Source of the DNA: Diplonema japonicum
Taxonomy: Eukaryota; Protista; Euglenozoa: Diplonemea
Direction: 5' to 3'
DNA length: 64,000 nucleotides
Assembly (NCBI GenBank): GCA_964019335.1
Contig: OZ025657.1
Coordinates: 1-64,000, forward strand
Part shown: positions 9,573-19,900 of the stretch, piece after piece
Position numbering within the stretch: the first letter of the stretch is position 1
Layout: the number at the start of each line of letters is the position of its first letter
Notes under the pieces: model-generated
What the model saw: the letters and a program-made list of their open reading frames with translations, nothing else
Told to the model about the DNA's origin: nothing
Database searches by the model: none
Position numbers and translations under genes: made by a program

Positions 9573-12500
9573 CTAAAAGACCGCTACTAAAATCGGGAAC
9601 AAAAAAATAAAGACTGTTGGCACAGTTTGGCCTCCTGTGTCAACGGGTGCCACAGAAGCAACTGTCTCAGGCAACTCATTCGCCCTTGCGAAGCCCTGTA
9701 AAGGACCCACATCTGAAACCTTGCTGAGATATGCGTTCAATGGGGCCTGAAGCCCTGCATGTTTGAGGTAGAGCTGCTCGATGTGCTCATGAGGAAGAGT
9801 GTTCGCTAAGAACATGATCATATCCTTGCGAAGAATAGCTGCTTCTGCTTCATGGTCACCTCTCAAAAATATTGTAAGGCTGATCAGCCTGGTCGAGTTT
9901 AAAACAACTGCTTGCCTTTTAAGAGTAAAACTCGTGCTCACAACGTCAAAAAGTACACCCAATATGTTGCGTTCTTTGATTCCCAGCACACGCATGATAT
10001 CTCTCCTGCAAGCAACATCATAGGCAGCCCTATGTGAATTAACTACATCAGGGTTCATGTTGAGGACAAGCCTGACGTTGAAGGTATTGCTAGGCTTTAC
10101 ACTACTACAATGCGGTAGGAAGGTGATGCCGCACGACGTTTCAACGTTCTTAAGGGATGCCCCCCCATCCGAGCGCAGATACAGCATGTCATTGAAAGCA
10201 CCAGCACAACAGCCCCACTGCTCAACGTACCTTATGAACACAGTTCTACATAGGCCTGTACACGGCATGTTCTCATTCCACATAATTTCTCTGCACTTTA
10301 GATCATCTTGCATACTCTGTGAACAGTACCGCAGATACTCAGTCCTGAACTCCTGCTCCAGACACACGTCAAGCGGGTTTAACAAGCACAGCGTGGACGG
10401 CGCAACATCGATGTGCGCCAGACACGCCTTGCCAGGGAGGGCATTGCTAAGAGCGCGGACGCAATCGCACATAGAAACAACACCATTTCTTCGACACTGC
10501 TCAAAGTGCCATCGCGCATTGTTACAAATGCTGTTTGGATACGCGCCGTCAAGAAAGGGTGTACCAGACACACCACCTACACCTGCACCCGATTCCATCA
10601 CCTTGGTCATGCACAATGCACCTGTGGCGTCCCTTTCACACACGTCGATTTGCGGCGCCCAGATAGTAGTGGCTTGTTCTGAACGCTTAGTACATTTATC
10701 TGCGCAGATACTTTCTATTCCGGACATCGTGCTTTGGTCTCTGTTTTCCTGAGTAGAGGCGCAGAACACATAATCACTAAAACCAGGCCGTGGATCGTTG
10801 GTAGGAGTGCACAGTGACAGGGCATGCTTCACAGATGCATGGCCAGCTAGAATGTTAATAGCACGCATAAAAACAGGAGTGCAAAACCTTTCTACCTGTG
10901 CTGTTGTGAAGGGGGTCCAGTGTGGTAAAGGTTCTACGTAACCCTGCCACTTCCCGAGGAACGCAAGTCGAGTCTGCTGTCCTATGAAGTGCTTGGCGAT
11001 TCCGGAAGAAGGGGGCACTTTCGGTTGCTGAACGAGGAACCGCTTCCTAAATTCCGTAATACTTGTTTTCATGAACATTCCGTCACTTTCCAAACAAGCT
11101 ACCTGAAGCCATTTGACATGCCAAAAATCATCACTCGAGCAGAAAGCACTTAAAGTACCACGGTACTTTGATGCTGTTGTGCCACATTCACCAGAGCACG
11201 CAGAAGCAATTTCTTCACGGGAGGCACGAAAGTCGAATAACGGCTTGCAACGCTTTCCCAACATCAAAAGCAGCTGTTTGCATTTGGTATTTTCAACAGT
11301 CACGAGAGCCCTCACGCAGTTTCTTTGAGGGGGTTGTACAGATACGCAGCCCTGCGAAAAAGACTCGCACAAAGAGCTTTGGTACAACTGATCTCCAGGA
11401 GGGCTACGCCTGCAAACATATGGGATACTAGCCCTGTAAGCAGCTTGTTCCTCACACGTCAGACCAGTAGGCCGCACTTTTGACAAAGTTGCACAGACTT
11501 CATGTGGCTCTTCAATTTCATGCACTTCCAGCCCAGGGCATCCATCAGCTGGCGTTGGGATGCCATAGCACTGCCATTCAAATGCTTGACACATGACAGC
11601 CTCCAATGCTAGCGGCTGCCACGTTTTGCATATCTTGAATTGCGTATAGACCTGGTACAAGCAACCGCACACTGCTAACCCGAAGTTGTTGTTCTTAGGA
11701 ATTATACTCTGGCACTGACGTAGGCTGTCCAAAACTGCCGCTCCAGAGACACAAGAGCTGGGAATAGCATAAAGGCTCGCGTTGAGACGATTGGTTTTGC
11801 TGTCGGCGGCCGATATAAGTGGTGCTGGTGGCTGATCTTGGAATTCGGCGTAGAAATCATCGCATGTATGTGCTTGTATGTAAGGGATTGCTCTACACCC
11901 GAGGTCGGATGATAAGCACATGACATGCATCCAGAGAGCTGCATTTGAAAACTTACAAGAAAGAGGTACGCTCCACGCCAATGCAGTGACACATTCACAC
12001 CTATTAACGCGTAGTTTAGGTTGAGTGTGTAAGCATTCATGGAAGTCATCCAGGTACTCCTGCGAGTCGGTCCAGTCGCACACAGGGAGCTCATCTAACA
12101 TGCGCCAAACTAAGCGATGACCCCTGGTACTAGCATCAGGGTGGGCAATGAGGTGGTGACACTCTGTAGGAGCATCAGGTGGTGTGAATCTGCCATCGTA
12201 GCCACATTTATCTAGTGTCCAACACCTAAGCGTCTCCCATTCAGGCGATCCACTCACACAGTCAGGTACAAGTTGTAGTTTATAGTGCAGAACGGCAAAA
12301 CAGCTACAGGCATCTTGTGCACAATTATACCACTCATTGATGGCATGCGACACTGTTGTCGCCATCCCTTTATTGCACAATCTTGCGCGGTGTACACGGA
12401 AAATGAGTGAGTCACTTGGCTGGATGCTCAATTGATTGCAAACTTCACTGCTGATAGACAGGCTGCAGTACTGCTGCATGTAGCACCTAACGCGATCCAC

Positions 12501-15287
12501 GTCCTTACCTGTGGCGTCCCACATGCACCCGACTGGCAGCGCATTGATGTGCTGGGATACGCAAGCACATATATCAGCCTGTAACAGAGGTTGGTGCTCA
12601 GTTCAGCATACCATGTCGGTAAGGCATTCCGAAACATTGGAATGAAACACGACCATCACTTCCAGGGGGCAGATCGCGAAAGCTGCCTCTAGGTCCATGG
12701 TGTTCCACCTGCAGTAGTATTTTCGCAACAAGGCATACCCAAGCAAAGGCACCAAACTTCTACACTCTTCTGCCCCCACTGAGGGATAGGGTATGCCAGG
12801 GCAGCCTTGTCCTTTTACAACACACAACCAATTCTGCAGCAGCGGGTGGTCGCTACAGCCAGTAGTAGCGTCTTTGAACTGCTGTGCACAGGAACACTGC
12901 TGCCCTCCCCGCTTCTTTGAGAGGCATATACTCCACTGCTGACCTGCTGTCTCAAGCAACGAAGCACTGCACGACTGTACTAGCATAGGTACACTGCACA
13001 AAGCCGGCCTCAGCAAACAGACATCAACGTGATCCTGGCACAATATTGCTAGGTCTTTCACATCCCATGTTGCATCACAAGCCACAAGGTCGTTCAATGC
13101 CTGACTCACCTGTGAAGTGTTAAGCATAGGGCCCACGCAGGAAGTGCAGACAAGCTTAAGGTCAGTGGTGTTGAATCGCCAATCTGGGTAAACGGTAGCA
13201 TATCTGCACTCAGGGACATAATCTTCGATTCGGCACATAGCAACTGCCAAGCATCCCGACGACCCATCCTGGTGCAGCTGGCAAGCACTTGCGTGAACGG
13301 ATGGGGTATTATACCCATGCGGCCCAAGGTAACCCCGCTCGCACGCAGCGCGCACATTCATCTCTATATCATAACTGTAGTGCTCCCCTTTACCAGTGCA
13401 CTGACCGTAGTCGCTGAGGCTATTGCTGAACGAAGCTAAATCTGAAAGGCACTTGTCACATAGTCTGGTGAAGTTTAAGACGTTCTGTTGCCACTGATGA
13501 TCAATCAACACCCTACAATGGGGCGCCTGCGTGAGGAAGGCAGTACGCCTTGACCAGCACTTACACAAAGTGTGCTCTAAATATATTTCAATATTACAGT
13601 CAGCGAGCAAGTTAGCTGTCAATCCTATATCTCGCAATATATCTGTTGTGCACTGCGTGCCGTTAGTGCATAAAAAGTCTCGGAAACCTTCACTTTTCAG
13701 AAAAGGGCCTCCATCCTTCCCCGAGACAAGCAGTTCGTAGAAAGCCCCCGAGCAGTGAGGGAGGCTTTTTGCACTGAGCAACGCAGGGGGGCAATTCCCT
13801 GCACCAATGCCGCCGGGAGAACAGACCGCCTTTACCCAATGCACTAAAGTTAGAGTCTTGTCCTCTTCACCAAGACATCGATAGTATGAATTTATAAGCG
13901 ATAGACTCTTGTCTGTGAGCAATTGAGGCTGGCACACCGAACATAATGTTGTGAAGTCAGGTAGCTCAAAAATATCAATGCATTGCGGTACTTCGAAGTA
14001 GAACGCGCTTTTTAAACTCGAGCACAAACATTCTCTCCGCCTCTCTTCGATGTTCAACCCACATGCCCCCAGGTAGTAAGTCCACTGTGTGTTAAAGCTA
14101 TCACTTATCGCGTTTGCACACTCACAAGAGTGAGGAAGAAAACATGGTCCAGATGGGAGCTCCTGAGGAACTGGGGCATCATAGGGTTGAATACCTGTTT
14201 CACTGAGTGTAAGGGTCACAGTTGCTGTTGGCAGCGTGGCGGTAAGTGTGGGGGAAGCAGTGGATACAATCTCGCGTGTGTGATTTCCGTCAAGCCAATC
14301 CAGAAGGTCCCCGCACTTTACATCGGGAAAACCTCCTTTCTTGCACTGCGTGTCGTACGTCAGCAACGAGTTATAGAGCGTTGGGCAGCCCCGAACCTCC
14401 GCCTCAGACAGCTTGCTATGGACACTAAAGGCATTAGTGAGACACAAAGTGCATTCCTCTTGTGTCATGGTTCCGCGACCGATCACAATGGATGCAAGTT
14501 TGTCACAGCGGCTAACACTAAGAAGGAAGTCGGCAACGCATTGGTCAGAACCCATGCAGAAGATCTTCATCCTATTAGTGACAGTCGAAATGGTTTCAGT
14601 CGGGCAAATAGATTGCTTCCATGTTGTAAGATCAAGCATGAACGGTAGGCACTTTCCACAAGTTTCACGCTGGTTACGTTGCAAGCCGAATTGCTCCATA
14701 ATGCCTACTGTCACATCGCACGGCTGACCAGACATACTTGCTTTGTAAGCATTCACAAAACAGTTTTCATGAATTACAGACTCACACACAGGCCGCATGG
14801 CTCCATCAAAAAACTTTGCTCGAGGGCATTCCACCAGCGGCACATTCATTGCTTTCAAGCAGGGTGTGCAATGTATCACTATGGTTTCAAGGGGGTACAC
14901 CTTGGGCGGGATGCCATCAACCCACGTCTCGATGCCGAGATCCAACAGTTCTTGGCAACCTGTAACAGCTACATCAGGGCACACAGATGTCCGCAGTCCT
15001 AACTCGTGGCATGTTTTGCTAACGCCTGCCGCCCAGTCCATATAGGCGGTGCACAGCCCAACGTCATCTAAACCAAGGTAGTAGTTCACAGTCGGTATAC
15101 AGGAATTGCACACAACTTTAAGCTCAGCAAGGGACAACGCCTTGTTGCTTGACATGTTTCTGAACACGGAACATTCTGGATACTTGTCGATCTCCTTCCA
15201 GACGCAGGGATCCGCCAGTGTTTTGCCCCCCCTAGCGAACGTTTGTCCCTGCCATGCGCACTGTACCACAGCAAGAATCCATAACAT
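9573..15287 (-). CDS. ~1,890-aa cysteine-rich secreted/surface protein with hydrophobic C-terminus; intron 12579-12611
   Basis: A 33-nt GTATGC..TACAG intron joins ORFs 12603..15404 and 9573..12524 in frame. N-terminus MLWILAVVQCAW follows an AG acceptor; C-terminus is VFIFLFPILVAVF. Confidence 0.8.
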
Positions 15288-15683
15288 CACCTGTAATAAG
15301 TTATCAGATGCAAAGATGAAAAACGATGACGTATTGTGAGAGGAGGAAAGGAATAGAGGAAGTGTGAAGACATGAAGAAGTAAACAAAGACTAACAACGT
15401 ACATCAGTAATACTGACGCTGCTCGAAGCCAAACACCAATCTCTCTGTGTTCGCTATGAGCGCAGCGAGACTTGTGCTATGCGGCTTCTTATTAAGCGGC
15501 CAAGGCTATCGCATTTGTAGCACCACGCACGCCATAACATAGCCTGACCATTAATAAGGCAGAGCAGACTCTCTGCATAGAAGAAGGGAGACAGCAAGAG
15601 AAAGGAAGAAGAGGGGAAGAAAGGAAGAGAGGAAGAATAGAATAATGAGAAATAAAGGCAAGGGCTTAATCGGTACATATTAA

Positions 15684-16583
15684 TTAGAATTTAGAATCTC
15701 CCGTGTATATGATGCAGAAGCGCTCGTAGAAACTCAGCCACATCACCTGCCACGGACCAAGGCGTGCCAGTGTAGGAACGAATCCTTTGAAAAGAGCGGT
15801 TGCGCCCTCATTCTGAAGGGTCATACGGACCATCTGGTACGGCGATATGTGATTAGTGTGGTTCATGACCCGTGTTTTGATGACGTCGAAAGGACACCCA
15901 ACAGCACTCGCAAGGAAGCCACTCGCAGAGGAGGCCAATAAATGTGTTGCGGAACTGTCTGCTGCAAGCGACGTTTTGCTCACCAGAATGTACTTGAAAC
16001 TATCGTAACTTGCAAGCCCCGTGGAGTGAATAGCTGCGCTTCTGCCACAAGAGGGCGTTGCACCCCTCCACAGCCCAGTGACGCCTGTTTCTTGGTAGAT
16101 GCTCTTGAATGCGTGAGAAGTACTCTGATACCTAGGCTTGCCGCCCTGAAGAGCTGTCTTGTTGTCAGCTTGCATGCGAACCTTTACGATGTCAGCCGGA
16201 ATGGCACAGAATTGCCCGAATGCCCCACTCATGGCTCCCGCAAGGCCCTTCTTAACAAAAGAGTGATCTTTGTCAGCTCCAAGAGCGTTCCTGATGGGGA
16301 GGTACGCAGCAAGGTTAACACCGCATTGCACGAATTGGCGAATCATTGCAGGGGGTATGCCACTGTAGAAAGCCTTGATGCCCTGGCTCTTGAACACCTC
16401 TTTCGCTGTCCCAAACATGCCGAGTTTAGTGCCCGTCTTCTGCGTGCCCACAACCTGCATTCTCACCCTTGTCGTGTCTATGGGGAATGTGAACATCTCC
16501 GCAATGCAAGCTGCACCGCTACTGCACAAGAATCGTGCACCAACATCACCGTTCGAACCCGAAGAGCTCCTTGCTTTCGCCAT
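15684..16583 (-). CDS. Mitochondrial carrier (SLC25; UCP/dicarboxylate-type)
   Basis: Three Px[DE]xx[KR]xR motifs: PIDTTRVR, PADIVKVR, PFDVIKTR. Confidence 0.93.
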   Translation of the reverse strand: MAKARSSSGSNGDVGARFLCSSGAACIAEMFTFPIDTTRVRMQVVGTQKTGTKLGMFGTAKEVFKSQGIKAFYSGIPPAMIRQFVQCGVNLAAYLPIRNALGADKDHSFVKKGLAGAMSGAFGQFCAIPADIVKVRMQADNKTALQGGKPRYQSTSHAFKSIYQETGVTGLWRGATPSCGRSAAIHSTGLASYDSFKYILVSKTSLAADSSATHLLASSASGFLASAVGCPFDVIKTRVMNHTNHISPYQMVRMTLQNEGATALFKGFVPTLARLGPWQVMWLSFYERFCIIYTGDSKF

Positions 16584-16940
16584 TTATTCTCCTTTTTCTT
16601 TTTCCAACGGTGATAACCTGCGTGATGATGTAAACACAGAAAAGTCAAAAGCTGCAAAAAAGAAATCTTAATGCCATTGAAATAAATAAGAAAAGAAAAA
16701 GAAGAGACACAGATCATGAAGAATCCTACCTCTTGAAGATGCCGATAACACGTAAATAATAAATGGCAAGCAAACTAACCTAACACTAATAAAATAGAAC
16801 TAATACTACTTTTGCGACACTGGATACAACAGAAAATTCACTTTGATGGAGGAGCAGTGTTAGCAACGACCACCAAGAAGAAAAGAAATTATAAAAGGCC
16901 AAAGTAGCCGAGGGAGGATCTATGAGTCATTTGGTCATCG

Positions 16941-19900
16941 TTACAAAAGAAAACGAGATGGATATTGCTGGTCAGCGACGTGCCCCATACCACTGACGTG
17001 GATGGTCGTGCTGGCTGCAGGTGAGAATGAAGCAGAAGAAAAAGATAGGTTACGCTGCTGGGTATGGTGGGACATTCTTGTGGCGAGCGGGTTGTAGGCC
17101 ATCTGAACGTCAGGTTTAGGGGGTGACAGGTTGAGCTTTTCTAGTACTCGCTGCTGCGCGGTTGGTGACAAGCCACTCATGATCTCATGAACATCTCGCC
17201 AGGCAAACCCAGCACTTGGATCCAACTCTTTTTTATTACACATTTCCTCATAACTGACGTGCGACAGCGGGTGAGGGACGCCCATGTCCCTGCACATGTT
17301 AACTAGCTCGATGAAGTTCAGCTGCTTGTCATCACCCGCGTACCTCTCGAGCAGGATGTCATTCGGATCAGCCGTTTCTACCTCCAGTAGAACTGCCTCA
17401 CCTCGGCTTGTGAAAAATTGCATTAGCTTCCCACACTCACCTGGGTCCTTGGGTTTCAACCCATTTACGGATTTTATCAAGTAACCAGGAGACATGCCCG
17501 ATAGGTGAGCACTCGAACCATAGTTTACTCTTGTCACCCTACATGAGTCTGGGTCCAAGCCAAACCCAAGAGGTACACGAGGGCCACCTTCTGGTGGGTA
17601 TAATTTCAAAGCAAAAGAATGTACTTCACCACTAGGCCACGTGCTATCAGCCACCCATGGGTAAGGCTCTCGACTCCTCTTAAGCTTTTCCTTTTCGATC
17701 CTTTTCTTAAGTAGATGCCTTGTGAGCCATCCTCTGACGAGAGCTTGTGCTCTAATGAGCGACAACTGATACGACAACGAGTGGGCAGTTTCCTCAGGCG
17801 CTTCCGCAATAGCATTCCCATGTTCCTTCTCCTTTTCTTTGAGCTGTTGCTGGATAGTTTCTGGCAAGTCCTGGCCGTATTTCAACCTAAATAATTTCGG
17901 GATGATCTCACCTTGAGGGATGAGTCCGCTGCCCTGGTCGAGCTTCAGATCCAGCAATATTGTAAACTTTGTCATTTCGCGTTTTGAGCAATTCTCTTCA
18001 GGGCCAAGAGGAGGTCCTATTGCCACCAAGAACGATTCAAGGTCATCGGGGTGCAAGCCGCCACCCTCGTAACCATCGATGGTTCGCTGCCTGTTGTTCC
18101 ACGCTATTCTGACCTTTTCCATGTATTCCTCGGAGCATGTGTCTTCAGAGTCAGACTGAGAAAAGGCGTCAAGGATGACAGCGATGAACAAGTTCAGAAG
18201 CACATACATCCCTGATAGTGTGAAAGAACAAAAGTAGATTGCAGCAATGGTAGGGCTGCCGCACTCATCAAGGTGCGAGTCGCAGTCGTGTGGTGGCTGC
18301 ACCGATGCTGCCTTCAGGATGGCCTGCCATGCCTCTCCGGTAGTCATTCGCAGCAACAGTAGTAGTGAGAAGCAAAAGTTTTCGAAGTTAGCATACGGCC
18401 CCATGGAGTCGTTCCTCTTAAGCTTCGCAAAAAGCTTAACACCAAGCACAGCATACACGAAGAACATCAACGACAAGATGCCTGCCACATTTATCATACT
18501 GGGTAGGGAGAGATACAGAGTACGAAGGATACGTTTGATGCCTTGCGCTTTCTTCACCATTCGGAGTAGCCTTGCCAACCTTAGTACACGGAACATCGAA
18601 ACAGCCGCACCAGCAGACACGAAGAGACTGACTATGATGCCCACCGTCGACAGGCAAACGATGGTGAAGTCAAACCTGTTCCACACATCGTTGAAGTACC
18701 CCTTATAGTCGTCTAGGATCTTAATTGCAGCCTCCAGCGCGAATATTACGTAAAACCCTGTGTTGAACCAATCAAGTGCGGTGTTCCAATAGTCAGGAGC
18801 AGGGTAAAACTCGAGCGCCATAAGAATGACGTTTATGCAAATGCAGCAAGTAATCGCCATGTCGAAGTAGAAGGACGACACGAAAGCACTCAAGTACGTA
18901 TGGTTCTCTTGCCGTTGGACAGCAGCCGAAGAGCTCATTATGTTGAGCATCTTGCTGTGGTGATTGACCCACATCTTCTGCCGTTCGTTTAAGAAGATTC
19001 CTCCACTGCTTGCCTTTTCTTTCTCTTGGTAATAGGTGTCGATAAGCACACCAATGAACATGTTGATAATAAAGAAAGCACCGAACACGATAAAAATAAC
19101 AAAGTACAGGGCCATGATCGGGTTGTTGTTCTTACGAGGTGCCTCGTCGACTGACACAGCATCTATCCCTAGGTTCATAACGTCCACCCACCCCTCCAGA
19201 GATGCGACCTCGAACAGGTTTAAGAAAGCATTTGGCAAGTTGTCGAAGTTTGAGTCATAAGTTATCCATCTGCAGGGCTCCCCTGCGGGGCCGTTGCATT
19301 TCGTGATATTCAAACAATCAACCTTCAACGTGATACCGGTGCTGTCCTCCATGTCACCATACGAGTCAAGGGAACAACGATAGAACTTCCCAGAAAAGAT
19401 CTGCACTCCTAGGATCCCGAAGATCAGCCACACCAACAACGAGATCAACAGTACATTCATCAACGGCGCAATACTCCTGAGCAGTGCCTGCACGACAACC
19501 TTCATCCCTTCGAATTTGTTGATAAAACGCAAAGGACGTAGGGCCCGCATGACTTTGATGAAATCCAGGTTCTCGGCGCCTGGCGTCACAAGCGAAATCA
19601 GAGATACAAGTACAATAATGAAGTCCAGCACATTCCAACCCTCCTTTCGCAAGTAACTTGTAGGGTGCATAATAAAGCCCATTGCAACCGACTTGAACAC
19701 AGACTCTGCCACGAAAACCCACACCATAATGAAATTGATGGTTGCAAGTGTCTGCTCTCTCGGGTGGTCCACAGGCTTCATGGGGTCTTCAAGAGCCAGC
19801 GTTACAGTAGAAACCAAGATAGCAATAAGAACCAGAGCTTCGAAGTAATTACTTTCCACTATTTTCAGCATGGTGTTCCTGATGGGGCTGTCATGATCAA

